Shown here: positions 1-12,309 of the stretch, piece by piece
Layout of the letters: every line of letters starts with the position of its first letter
How positions within the stretch are numbered: position 1 is the first letter of the stretch
Source: Puccinia triticina
Taxonomy: Eukaryota
Assembly (NCBI GenBank): GCA_026914245.1
Contig: CP110440.1
Location: 1,984,001-2,048,000 of the forward strand
Reading direction: 5' to 3'
Length of the DNA: 64,000 bases
Program-made: the position numbers and the translations under genes
The notes under the pieces: generated by a model
The model's database searches: none
The model's input: only the letters and a program-made list of their open reading frames with translations
What the model was told of the DNA's origin: nothing

Positions 1-829
1 ATCATTTGGGCCTGATGCTTCAGTAGAGAAAGCATATTCTACACTCAATTAACAGTCCAAGCTGTTGTAGCATTATTGCCTCCATTAGGGGAGTTCACAA
101 TTGAAATTTACAAAACTTTGGGACACATTTTAAGGTGTTTCTGAACATTTTTTTAAAAAATTGATAACTTGCACTGATTGTTCAGTAGCACCTGCTGCTG
201 TGCATTTTCCCAAAATTTTAAAATTTTGTTCATAAATGCCTTGAATTTGGCTCCAAAGTTTAGTAAAATTCAATCGTGAACCCCCCTATTGAAGTGACAA
301 GCGGAACCCCGCTATTGGCTGCTGACAAATGGTGATACTAACACCTTTTTTTCAAATCAGTTGGCCAAAATACAAACATCCAACAAGCTAATATTAGCCC
401 ATCAAAGTGGGGAAACCCCAAGCGTAACAAATCCTGCAGCACCGCGGAGCCGTGGGTGCAAGCGGGGCTTACGACTAACAACAAGATTCTCACGTGAGAG
501 AATCTTGAAAATACCCAAAGCACCGTGGAATTTCTTCTTCCTCTCTTATAAAATATTCAATCAGCTTTCAGCACTCCTTACTTTATCCTAGCTGAGCGCT
601 GGCATCTTAGCTCCAATGCTACATAGGCAGCTTCCTCCCAAGTTTTCTCATTTTTTTCTATCTTTTTTTGAGTATTGTGACTTCTTGAAGACTTGTCCAA
701 CTTTTAAAGTTTGATCTCCTCCCTAAATTAAATATTAATTAAAAACACATCTTCTTTGCCCGTAAGCCGCCAAGCATCTCAACTTTTGATTTTTTGGGGC
801 ACAAGGGCATGGATTCCCAAAATTATGAA

Positions 830-1806
830 GGGTCAATCTAAATGCACGCCACTTTTTGACTAGATGCACGCCAAAAAAGTGGCGTGCACGCCTGCACGCC
901 AAAATAAATGGCGTACAGGAGCAGTGCACGCCATTTGTTTGGCGTGCGTAGCCCTGCACGCCAAAAATACTCCTTTTTGGAAGAATTTTGGCGCGCACAA
1001 ACCCTCCACACCATTTTTTTTTGGCGTACAGGCGTTGCACGCCACTTTTTTGGCGTGCATATAGTCAAAAGTTGGCGTGCACCGTTTTACATGCAGTTTT
1101 TTTGGGGGCACAGTTGGCCACTGAGCCCCAACGGCATGATGAATAGTGCCTCCGCCACTATGAATAGTGCCAGGATGAATAGTTTTCATAGTGGCCGAGC
1201 TTGGCAGAGTCACTATTTACAGTGGCGGGGCTTGGCAGAGGCACTATTCATAGTGGTGGAGCTTGGCAGAGGCACTATTCATAGTGGTGGAGCTTGGCGG
1301 AGGCACTATTCATAGTGGCGGAGCTTGGCGGAGGCACTATTCATAGTGGCAGAGCTTGCGGAGGCACTATTCATAGTGGCAGAGCTTGCGGAGGCACTAT
1401 TCATAGTGGCGGAGCTTGGCGCGAGCACTATTCATAGCGCGGAGCTTGGCGGAGGCACTATGAATAGTACATGAAATATGTCATTGGGCCGCAGTGGTCA
1501 CACCCTATTTTTTTGTGTGAAACTGTTCCCGCCAAAAAAATTACATTCAACATGGTGCACACCACTTTTTGAATAGATGCACGCCAAAAAAGTGGCGTGC
1601 AAAGCCTGTACGCCAAAAAAAATGGCGTGGAGGGTTTGTGCACGCCAAAATTCTTCCAAAAAAGAGTATTTTTGGCGTGCAGGGCTACGCACGCCAAACA
1701 AATGGCGTGCACTGCTCCTGTACGCCATTTATTTTGGCATACAGGCGTGCACGCCACTTTTTTGGCGTGCATCTAGTCAAAAATTGGCGTGCATTTAGAT
1801 TGACCC
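830..1806. mobile_element. Non-autonomous MULE-like foldback element/MITE with ~250-bp TIRs and 9-bp TSD
   Basis: Starts GGGTCAATCTAAATGCACGCC (830) and ends GGCGTGCATTTAGATTGACCC (1806). Arms ~830-1085 and ~1552-1806 are reverse complements. AATTATGAA lies on both sides (821-829, 1807-1815). Confidence 0.9.
1135..1468. repeat. ~30-bp minisatellite (GGCACTATTCATAGTGGCGGAGCTTGGCGGA) inside the MITE
   Basis: Roughly 9-10 tandem near-identical units seen directly. Confidence 0.9.
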
Positions 1807-2969
1807 AATTATGAATAGACAATTTGATTTGGAAAAATACAAGCTTCAAACCACCAAGGCAAAAAAAAAAAAAAAAAAAAACCGGGCAGAAACTGCGGCA
1901 AGCAGGTGGTGATGACATTGCTCACCACCAAAATTTGCAGATTCTCTCAGGCCAAATGTCCTGATTAGTCCTAATTCCTCTCCCTGCGGGAGAGATCTCA
2001 ATGCTATGCATCTCAACCAGGCCAAATGGGTGCCCCCCCAGCCGCACCGGGGACAAGGACTTTGATAAGTTTGGAGAAACCCAGTCATTTGAACGCGCCT
2101 GGAGGCGAATCCATATGTTGTCTTACCGGGAGCGTAGTGGAGGGTGGGTGGAGTCCATGGGGTCTGATATTTGGAAAGCTTGGGACTCCCGCCAAGCTAA
2201 ATGTTTCTTTGCAACGAGCAGGTTATGAAGCGCATTAGGCTGGCTTCCTTGCAGCGAGCTGGGTAAAAATGCAACTCAAGAGCTGGATGTAAGACAAACT
2301 CATTGGGAGAAAAACCTCTCAGGAGAATTTTGCTTGCCAAGGAAGAATGAATTACAAATTAAAGCCAAATGATGGGGAGGTTTTCCTCCTGGAAGCCCTG
2401 CCGCTAAGCTGGTTTTGAGCTTCTCGGCAAGCGGGCTATAAAGAAATCTTCAGGCAGAAATCTCTTCTGACAAAGTTGTATATAGCCAACCAATTGACAG
2501 GGTTTGCAGCAGGCAAGATGGCTATACAATGAACTTATTGGGATGAAACCCTCTCAGTGTGGGGGAAGATTTGAACGTCAGTCCCTCTTCTGAGGGGTGG
2601 GCAGGCGCTAACTTAACAAGCCCCTCTCTATGTGGAGGGGGGACACCGACCTCCTTTAGAGGTCGCTGCGGTCCCCCAAGCAGGGAAATTAGCCAAGTTA
2701 TGTTATGAGAAGGCCCCCCCCTGCGCGAAGCGCCAGCCGCAAACAGAATCCTCCCCGAGCTTATGGGCTCAAAGGCCTCCTCAAAGTATATATTGTCAGA
2801 GGCCTTTGGTGCATGGCCAGTATGGTGTGGGGATTTGCCTGTTGGCTTGGCCAAGTCGTGGAAAACTGCCCCCTTTGGCGGAGAGATTCTAAAATCACAA
2901 GTTGTCAAAAAAGAATGACCACATTGGCGCGTCAGGGTCTTCATATTGTATGTATCCTCTTGATGAACA

Positions 2970-3170
2970 GTGTGACCGGTCATCAAGCAGCTTGAGTCCT
3001 CTCGATGACTGGTTTGTACCGCTCATTGAGAGGGTTGAGTCCACTTGATGACCGGCTTGTACCGGTCATCAAGAGGGCTAAGTCGACTCAATGAACGGTA
3101 CAGACCGTTCATCGCAAGGGTTGATCCCTCTCAACGACCGGTTTGTACCGGTCATTGGGAGGCTTGAGTA
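2970..3170. repeat. Array of ~42-bp palindromic units (GATGACCGG-TTTGTA-CCGGTCATC), probably subterminal repeats of a DNA transposon
   Basis: 4-5 degenerate hairpin units in tandem. Confidence 0.65.
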
Positions 3171-3223
3171 CTAGCGTCAACTCTAGACAGCTCTAGACTC
3201 GACTCCTTGTTCTTGCTGCATAC

Positions 3224-4280
3224 TTATGTGAAAATCATTTTGGACAACGGCAATTGGTTTACTGCAGGAAGGAAAAAAAGAAGATCAAAAACACGGGGTA
3301 CATATGTATTCAAATTAGTATTTCTGCAGGAAATGTTAAAGGCAACTGGGGCCGGCTTGAGGGGAGGAATTGTTTTGAGCAGAAGACCTGGCGGACGCTC
3401 GTTCCTTGGCGAGGATTTTTTGCCTCTTGATGCGGAAATATTCTCTGGACTCGTCGTCGCAACAGGCGGACAGATCTTTGGACATGATTTTGAGGTTGAT
3501 GCGGTCGCACTCATTTCAAGCTTGGAGAAGAGCGACATCAATTTCCGGCTGAACGTGAGCCTTTGTCTGTCCAGCAAGATCACGTTTTTGGATAGGAGGT
3601 TTGTTGGCGGGTTGAGGAAAATCCATATACGTCATCCTCCACGTTGGATGATCCCAAAGGATGCACCAAGCTGATTTGAAGGCAAATGGTTTACCATTTT
3701 GAGCCTTGTATGCCTCTCTTGTACATTGCATCATTTTGCTGTAGGAGGTGTTTTGTCCAAGGCTGAGTGAATGCTGCTGAATCAGGCTGAAGATGTTTGA
3801 GAACTTGATGGAGGTGTCCTTCAAGGCAATTAATCGCCTCCGGAGAAGCTTGATTCTGATTGAGTAGCCGTTCTCCTTCTGGAACCAGGTCTGAATCGGC
3901 TTAAGATTGGTAGGGATAGCAAGTTGTTTGGGTTCAGAGGTTCCCGGGCCGGCCAGGTTGCTCTCCGGAAGACCAAGCCAGTAGATAACCAGCAAGTCAT
4001 CGACATCAGGAGTTAGATCACGCTGTCTAATTGCTTTAATGGTTGGTTTGTGATGGTAGTCTTTCTTTGCAGTTGCCATTGGTGATGCCAATGAGGGAGT
4101 GTGGCTGCCACTGGCCTCAGGCTCCGTTGGGTTGAGGTTACTTTTGGCCATGGCCGTTACAACGGAGTCCTTAATCTGCATCTGCTGTAGTTAACCATCC
4201 ATCAACAACCAATGGCAGAGTAACAAGCAAGAAATTAAGACATTTTTTACCTGGGGCTTGCTTGCCATGCTTGCCATTTG
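3224..4280 (-). pseudogene. PIF/Harbinger accessory (Myb/SANT-like, NAM-associated) ORF remnant
   Basis: Motif GKPFAFKSAWCILWDHPTW resembles the KPFxFxHCWxILKxxPKW motif of this family; reading frame is broken. Confidence 0.6.
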
Positions 4281-4639
4281 TTCAGTTTATCCGCAAAAGG
4301 GTGGAGCACGGTTTTGACGTGGATTGCAGAATTATGCTTTTGATAAAAGTTTTGGAATAGTCAGATCAATTGATGATTGGGACGTATCAAAAATTGCGGG
4401 CAATCCACCAACTACGAGGCACTAAGCGCTTGGTGGGGATGATGGATGATAACCAGAAAGATAACACACCTAGGTCACAATGGTAGTCGGAACTGTCGCA
4501 AGTTGCTCATAAAGAGTTCGTGAGTAAGGTGTGTGAGGAATGTAAGGAAAAGGTACTACAAGGCTGTAGGGTTATAGCTTTAAAGACAAAGGCAGATGGA
4601 CCAAGATATTTCCAACGGTGAAGTCAATGAACTTATATT

Positions 4640-5560
4640 CTGTTAGTGGTACTCTTAATTCATAATGTACCTGTTCATGCAATTTGTATCTTTAATCAAG
4701 CCCGCGGCTGATTCATCCCCAACGGGAAGATACGAGGGCAAGCAGACACGCCTTGCAGCTACTCTCCAAGGAAGATTAATCATTACATTCCAGCCAGCGG
4801 ATCTCAGTGCCTAGTTCCCCTTTGGCAATTAAAACACTCCTCCTTGGGGAGGATATACGACTCACAAGGTGTGGCCACTGACTGCAGCGGATTGAGTCTT
4901 GAGATCGACAAAACAAATATTCTCGAGGATACCCCAAACTCTGATTAGGTTGTTACTTTTGTAAGAATTGAACAACTGAGAGTTTGATTTCTTAATTAGA
5001 ACAATGTTTTATACAAGTTTATTTTAATCAGGAACAGATGTTGCTTTGGCTCTTACCTGAGAGCAGGAGTGATGGCGCTATGAGAAGCGGAAACTCTCTT
5101 AGAGAGATAAGACAAGAACACACGAGATGTTTTAAGGTAAAGAGAAAAGAAGACAGAACAGTATCCGAGAATGGCAGGGCACGGTACGAGGTCGTTGTGC
5201 TTATGCTGATGAGGAAAGATGAAACAATTTTAATGACAATGAAGAAAATGTGCGAGAGATTGTTTTCTCGTTTGCCCAGGTGGGAGCAAGGGAAGACCGC
5301 AGCAGCTATTGGATTGTCTGTACTGGGAGGAGCTAAGGTGGTTGAGTCAAGAGTGCAATAAATTCGAGTATTGTGAATCTGAGGACACAAAAGTATACGG
5401 GAAGAGGAGCGACTGTCAGTTCACTGAAGCGGAACACAGAGCTGCTTTTATACTCTTTGATGAGTGTTTTGTAGAGGAAACTCTTACGGTAAAAACTCTT
5501 GACTAGTCTGGTCAGAATCTCCTACGCCACGCAAGGGTTTACGGGGTCCATGTCAACATC
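4640..5560 (-). mobile_element. Probable degenerate LTR
   Basis: Minus strand begins TGTTGACA at 5560, with a TATA-like TATAAAAG near 5446-5453. Left boundary and TSD not found. Confidence 0.3.
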
Positions 5561-6145
5561 CTGGTCCTGCCTAGGATGGTTACAATCACCTGTTCAGGCA
5601 TCGTTGTCCAGAGGACACGGTAACGAACTGGGTTAGTCTTTTGATTCCTTGCCATCTTCTGTCAGCCAGAAGGCTGATTCAGGTACAGCAAGGGTTTGGT
5701 TACTTACAAGTGGTTACCAGGGTCTCACCGCAATGAGGCAAACTCTGACAACTTTATGGCTATCCTTGACGCACCCACATCGGTAATAATTAAAGATACT
5801 GTACAACATGGAAGGATCTTTACAAAAGAAAAAATGTTTGTTGAAAAGCAACTGGATGCGAAAAAAAGGACAGCTGCGGCTCATTTGTCACAATGGTCCC
5901 AAGCCACTCCCAGCACTTCGACTTCCTCAACGCCAATCAAAACCTTGCTCTTTCCGGCCGTTGGTGCGCCAGTGTCTGATCCGGCGACGGAGCGCCAAGC
6001 CTATCGCGCGTCGTGCATGGTGGTGTCTTCTCCAGCAGGCCGGAATGGCCCGGTGGGGTCTCCGAGAGCTGCATCGGGCCCCTGCTGTACAGATGATACC
6101 ATGGCGTTTAGCGGGTTTGGAGCTCTGTGGATCAGAAGCGAAGGC

Positions 6146-6907
6146 TGTTAGATTATGAATATCCCGCTTGCAAATCATTTTGAATATTCAAGACTCATCC
6201 AATTCTAACTCGCATCCGCAACATACCAAAGATAAACCTAACCTAGTTGAAGGATTCCCCCGCACTCAAAAGGAAGCACATCTGGCCATACTTGCTAGTC
6301 TTTTTCTTCACGTGCAATGTCAAAACAAATTTCAGTGAAGAAAAAGACTAGTAAGTACCATCCTCAATCCTCAAAATCCAACCCGAGTCAAATCCAAGCT
6401 GAATAGTTTCTTTCATCTCTTATCATTCTTTTCACCCCAACCAGATTGTCTTTTGCACGTCCTTCCCATGGCCCAATCAACCAAATCCCAAAACATCAAT
6501 CTGCGTCGCCGCAGGTATGCCTGTCATCTTCTCTATTGTTCAATTGTTTTTCTATCATTGTTAATCTTCTTTTCCTTTTTTGTCAAATCCCAGGTGTGTA
6601 GTCAAGAGTCGTAGTCGTTGTTATTCCTGAGCTTGTCACTCAGATAAAATCTTAAATCATCTCATTCAGGTAGTCAAGAGTTGTAGTTGTTGTTATTCCT
6701 GAGCTTGTCACTCAGATAAAATCTTAAATCATCTCATTCAGGTTTCAAGGAATTCTTTCAATTATTACATGGTAGCAAGAGATCAAAATGGCCAAACAAA
6801 CCTAAACCAAACAAGCCCAACTCCTGAGTCTTCAAAAGATCGCAGCCAAGAATGCCGCAACATGCGGTGGACTAGTCCTAGGCGCAGAGCAAGCGCATGT
6901 GTTATCA
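6146..6907 (+). mobile_element. Probable LTR (TGTTAG...ATTCA, 6146-6740) plus short internal remnant, abutting the truncated Gypsy RT
   Basis: TG...CA ends and an internal 72-bp tandem duplication (6598-6741). Gypsy RT similarity stops abruptly at ~6908. Confidence 0.4.
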
Positions 6908-7800
6908 CGTATTCCTGGATTTTCCTCTAGTACTTTGTCATTGTATGTTAAACATGGTCCCTTGATGACACTGTTGTCAATGAATATGCCTATGTGTTCT
7001 GGTATCTCATCCTGAAGAATCAACATCACTTGCGCTTGATACATGGCTACCGAGTTAGTCGCCCCTTGGGGAAGTCTTGTGAGCTTGAATCTACCCAAAG
7101 GTGTGTCAAAGGTGGTTAAAGGTCTTGATTCCGGAGCCAATTCTCTTTCATCATAGCCTCCCATGATATCACCTAATCCGTAGCATGCACGTCCTGCAAA
7201 TGATTCTACAAATTCTTCCGTTGCCGTTGGTAGTCCTGCGTCCTTAATTGTGACTTTTTTAACTTCTTGTAGGTCATGAAATATTCTTAATTTTCTGTTG
7301 TGCTTAAGTACGCAAAAGACCGGGCTTGAGTAACTAGAGTTAGACTGTTCGTAAAGTTTTGTTCGAATTCGTTCTCTGACCAAATCTACGTATTTGTCTT
7401 TTACAGCAGCCGGTATAGGAATTGGTTTCTTCTGCCAAGGCACGTGATCCACCACGGGAATAGTATATGGTAACCCATAGGTATGCTTCAAGAGTCCTTG
7501 TTCTTCTGGGCTGAATGCCAATGCCTTTTCCCAAATGAGGATTAAATGCTTGAGGAGCTTCAACTCTTTTGCCCATAGCCATCCTTCCGGTCCAAAATCA
7601 ACTACCTTCAGGTGTTCTTCTGTAATCCTGTTGGTAGGCTTGAAGTCCGGAGGGTTTGGCTTAAGTGGTGTGTTGTAAGGATTGGTGAAAGTGGTGGTTG
7701 TTGAAGCGGAGGATTTAATGCTTGAGGAATTGGTTGATTGATTGGTCTGATCTTCTTTGCTACAGGTTTATACTTAGTCATACACCATAGTTGCCCCTCC
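6908..7800 (-). pseudogene. Gypsy reverse transcriptase (frameshifted, truncated)
   Basis: Motifs YKPVAKKIRP, SYSSPVFCVLK, KLRIFHDLQ, GDIMGGYDE, TTFDTPLG, RLPQGATNS and FIDN (degenerate YxDD). Confidence 0.92.
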
Positions 7801-9929
7801 CTCCAGCTCTGACATAATTGATCCTGAAATGTTATGCCTAGCCCTTTTGTGAGTAGTGCCTCCATTTCCTTGTATGTGGGACTGGGGTTAGAAACTGTTG
7901 ATGATATAGTGGTGGTTTTGACAAGAACCATTGTTTGGTGATTTAGTTTTTCTGATGCTGGCTTATTCAACCGAGTTTTCCGTAGTTTTGTCTTGAACAT
8001 TTTGAGTAACGTGAGAAAGCTGTGCAGAATATTCTTTTTTGTTAGTACCAATTTAAAGAAATATTTTTGTGTTTTGCATGATAGAGTCTTGATTGATTTG
8101 AGGATTATTGTTTTGAGCCAGTCAAAGAAATCCGGTGCTTGAGATATAACCCGCTTGACTAGCTGGAGTGAGTTTTTCCCTAGATGAACGCCGGTATTTA
8201 TAAAAAATGCTTATTTTTCTTCTTTTTGAACATTTTCTCCTCATTGTTGATAGTAGAAATGGGATTCTGGCCCATGTCTGGCTTCATGACGTTAGTAATG
8301 AGATCCTTTTGATTATCCCAGCCTTGCCCTTGACTAATACGTGCTAGAGGTACTAACACCCGCCTTCCTTTGGTTCCTTGGAAAGAGGGTGTCTCCCCGG
8401 TGTCATGGTACTCCAATGTGCAGCCGTAGTCAAAGAGAAAGGGATGTCCCAGGATGCAGTCTTGCGCTTTTGGTGATATGAAGAGATGAGCAGGTCCAGC
8501 AAATCAACCAATTCTCACTGGGCAGTTTTCTGCTACTCCCGTGATGTTGCACCTGGCTCCGCCAACTCCCTTCATAGGTAGGTCGACTTGTATCCTCTCT
8601 AGATCCAGATTGTTGGCTACTGATTGCGGCATGACATTTTCCATAGATCCAGAATCAACCATAAAATTGACTTTAGCTCCCCCAACTTTGGCTGTTACAT
8701 ATCCTAAGGCGCAACTGTAGTAGCATGGATCTGATTGATCTTCTACTGGTGGAGTGGATATTGCTGCTGCTACTTTTGTGGCTTCTGTTGCCATGTAGGT
8801 GGTATTATTCTTCCCTGGGAGTTGTCCTTGTAGCTTTGCAATGACTTGCTTCGTATATGAAGGTGAGATTGCTGTGAGCTGCGCAAGAGTTGTTGGAATT
8901 TTTACGTGATCCAAGTCCTGTAGGAGGGTTTCTTCTGGCAAATCTTTTTTCAGGATAGTTGGTACTTGTTCTTGACTCCAAACTTTCCCAGGTGCTTTCC
9001 TTGGTGTTTCTTTTGGCAATTTATCTTCTTCTTCTTCATCAATATCCATGGTGTCTCTTTCCGGTTCTTGGATCCTAACTCCGCGTCTTCCTTTCTGAGC
9101 TTCTGCTCTAGTGACCACGTGTGTTTTCATAAAATTTTCCAATCCTAAGGACGGGGGATTCCAATCCACGGTTTGTACTGAAGTCTTCATTACTGGAGTG
9201 TTACCGTTTCCGGTTTGTCGTGATTTCGCCAGATTCCTGATTGATTCTTGCATCTCTGGTCTTGCAGATTCTGTGGTTACCACTGTTTGTATAGTTCTAG
9301 AAGATACCCAGGGTATGTGCTGCCCATTGGGTAGGAACCAGTCTTTTCCTGCTCGTCTAACCAGCCTTTGCTCTTCATCCTTCAAGTATTCCAGACATTT
9401 TGATGTGGAGTGGCCTTCCCGCTTGCAATAGTAGCAAATCATTTTCTTGTACAGTGGAGTGGAAGGTTGGGAGTTGCCCCTAGCAAATTCCTTTTTGTCA
9501 GACGGGCCTTGTCTATTATAACTTGATGGTGGGTCATTCTTCATCTGTTGCTTGAGAGCTGCCAATTCTTGAAGCAAATTGTTAAGTTTTTGTTCCACAG
9601 CTTTGTCATTTGGGGTTTCTTTTAGCATTTGTTCTTGTTGTCTATTGTCTCCTTTCTTGGTATCCAGATCTTTCTGCATTAGTCGGTTTGATTCAGAGAA
9701 ATGCAAGAAACTATTATAGCCTTCATCTACCCTAACTTTGGTTTCTGCAGCCTTAGTTAAGTCCTCCCATTTTGGGGCCTTGTTACTTCCATCCTTAGCT
9801 CTTGGGATTTGATTCTTGTTGACTAGAGTGCGCTTGATACTTCGTTGACTTTCAGCTGAGAATGCACTTAAAAATAGGATTCCGGCATCACTTTCTTTAC
9901 TGATGTGTTTGTTTTTTACTAGATATTTG

Positions 9930-10145
9930 CGCTGCCAGCATAATTGGCTGGGTTGAGGTTATCCCAGTTAAACTGGGATGCACTCAACCAATTTAAACTT
10001 GGGTGATCTCAACTGATGAAATATAAATCCAAGGTACCCCCCTTGGGTTTATATTAAATTGGTTGAGATCAACCAATTTTAAATTGGTTGAGTGCATCCC
10101 AGTTAAACTGGGATGACTTCAACCCAGCCAAATATGCTGGCAGTG
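9930..10145. mobile_element. 216-bp palindromic CACTG-type MITE with 3-bp TSD (TTG), inserted in gag
   Basis: CGCTGCCAGCATA...TATGCTGGCAGTG; nearly the whole element is a foldback. TTG lies on both flanks, and removal restores gag PILKYLVKN. Confidence 0.88.
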
Positions 10146-10354
10146 TTGAGGATTGGAGTGAACTTTGCCAGGTACGCTTTGTATTACTGGTGACTTGAAA
10201 TTCCTTCCTTTGCTTGAATTTTTGCCACCTTGATTAGGTCATCCACAGTATACATGACAGTGTTATCCAAATCTCCCCAAGCTGTGACCATTTCCGCTCA
10301 AAGTTTTGCCCAGTCGTAATCATCGTATTAATCCATTTCTTTGAGTTGGCATTT

Positions 10355-10496
10355 TAATTCCTCCATCCGTATGAATCGTAAGATCTGGAGTAGTTGAGTT
10401 TGCATTTCAATTCCTCCATCCGTATGAATCGTAAGATCTGGAGTAGTTGAGTTTGCATTTCAATTCCTCCATCCGTATGAATTGTAAGATCTGGAC
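10355..10496. repeat. 53-bp tandem repeat (~2.7 copies) within gag
   Basis: CTCCATCCGTATGAAT at 10361, 10414 and 10467. Confidence 0.9.
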
Positions 10497-11631
10497 TACT
10501 TTTTCATGATCTGAAGCTCCGTGTGCGTATGCTGTTCTTTCAAACCGGGTCAGGAATTTCAAAAAATGGCTTCCTTTGTAATAGAGCCCTGGATCTTTTG
10601 TGATGATTGGTTTGGAGGGATGCGCCGTCTGGAATGGTGGAGTCGGGACCTGTGGTTGTGGCCTTAGAGGTTCTTGTCAAGATTGAGGCTGACGTTGTTT
10701 TTGTTGAAATTGAGGCTGATACATTGGTTCTCTGATATTTTCAGTGTTATGAATTCCATACCCTGACGGTTGTTGACGTGGTGTTGTTTGTCTGGGTGGG
10801 ATATTCTGGTGTTGTGGAGTTTCATCGGAGTTGGACAGCCCTTCTTCAGCTTGATCTCTGAATTTATTTTCTGGTTTTTTTTCCTTTTTTTTTACTTTTG
10901 TGGAGGTGGCGGAGGGTTCTGCGATTCCGAAGTCCAAAACAATCCTGAGGGTCCTGCCAATGGTCTGTTCCTAAACGGGGTGGAGGGAGCAAATCCATCT
11001 TCCAAATCGGGTGTGCTGAATGGTAAATTCATGTTCATCTTTTTGACTCCTAGGTTTCTATTATGTTGATCCTTGGCTTTCTGTTACAGTGCTCTGAAAA
11101 AGAAACAATAATATCTGGTCTCTGGTCTCTTTACCAGGGCAAATTGGGGGTATTTTTTCAATATTTGGAATAAATAACTTCACCGTGCTGGGAGTTTTTT
11201 TCAAACAGTATCCAATTATCTGAATCCTTAGGTACTACACACCATTTTTCAGCATATAATTGGCCGCTTCCTTTGAGTGGGCTCCAGAGTTTTCTTCTAA
11301 CAGTATCTAATTATCCGGATCCTTAGGTACAACACACCGTCTTCCAGCATATAATTAGCTGCTTCCTTTGAAATACTCCTTTCAGGTCCGGTGGTTACAC
11401 GTTCTCTTCAGAGGTTTGTAATTGATCCCTTAGATGGTTCCTAATAGTTGACTAGTCTTTCAACAGAATAACTGAAAATGCCGTTGAGTGCTTTTGGTTT
11501 GTTGATGAATTTGATTCCTTTCGTCATTAGAAGCTTAGATTCTTTGACAAGTTTTTCTGGATGTGTGGAATCCGGTTAAACTTATACGTTGTTGATCAAA
11601 CAAGATTATCCCATCACGTTGGGGACTCCCT

Positions 11632-12309
11632 TGTAAGACTCAAAAGTGTTCCTGAGAACCTTTTGCTGAATGGAGAAGGGGATAATGGAGGTGCAAACTC
11701 TGCCCTTCTATGCTATCAGTCAACAAGACCCACCAAGATGTGCTTGGCAAATTTTAATCAAGTGATAGGGTGGGTTGGCTCAAGATGAGTTGTTTGATTG
11801 ACAAGGTATAGAGCTGATGATTTATTAAAGGGTTGGTCATAATTGGTAAGAGTGAATGTTGGGGTGACTGTGATTGGTGAGTGATGAACTCAGGAGCTGA
11901 CAACTGGGGAGAAGAGAGCTCCTTATATAGACAGAAGTGGAGCCCCAGAGGGCTTGTGGGTTAGGTTTCAACTAATCTAGACAACAGGGTGAGGGATTTT
12001 AGCTGGTGGGAGCAGATACAAAATAATGTCATAATATGTCAAGGGTACATCAATGATGTCAGAAGAATGCAGTAGGGCCACATGAAGGCTGCGTAAAGTG
12101 ACATTAGACTGCATGAGTTGACAGGTGGATGCAGGGGGTGCATAAATGAAGTCTGAGGCTGCAGAGTCAGTGCGTGATGACATCATAATATGGAAATATA
12201 AGAGTTCTTGATACTATGTGATGACTATAGTCTGATGGGGAGATGTATGTTTGTATCCTGTGATGTGTATAAGCATAATGCTGTGATCCTTGACTTGAGG
12301 CTTGTGACA
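11632..12309 (-). mobile_element. 5' LTR of the Gypsy element
   Basis: Minus strand TGTCACAAG...AGTCTTACA; TATA box CTATATAAGG at 11921-11930; lies directly upstream of the gag leader. Confidence 0.8.

Larger units (their letters stand above)
8330..11030 (-). pseudogene. Gypsy gag-protease (stops, MITE insertion, 53-bp triplication)
   Basis: Zinc knuckle CYYCKREGHSTSKC; protease FMVDSGS and ILGHPF. Confidence 0.88.
6908..12309 (-). mobile_element. Ty3/Gypsy LTR retrotransposon, 3'-truncated and degenerate
   Basis: 5' LTR, gag with CCHC knuckle, aspartic protease and RT are in Gypsy order. RNase H, integrase and 3' LTR are not seen. Confidence 0.92.

Noticed and set aside
1..60. ASVEKAYS, similar to the hAT dimerisation motif SVERxFS
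   Set aside because: Too short and at the window edge; cannot be supported.
735..1814. Many overlapping ORFs on both strands
   Set aside because: Artefacts of the inverted and tandem repeats of the MITE.
5696..6151. 151-aa ORF
   Set aside because: TTG start, no recognisable motif, and wedged between LTR-like pieces.
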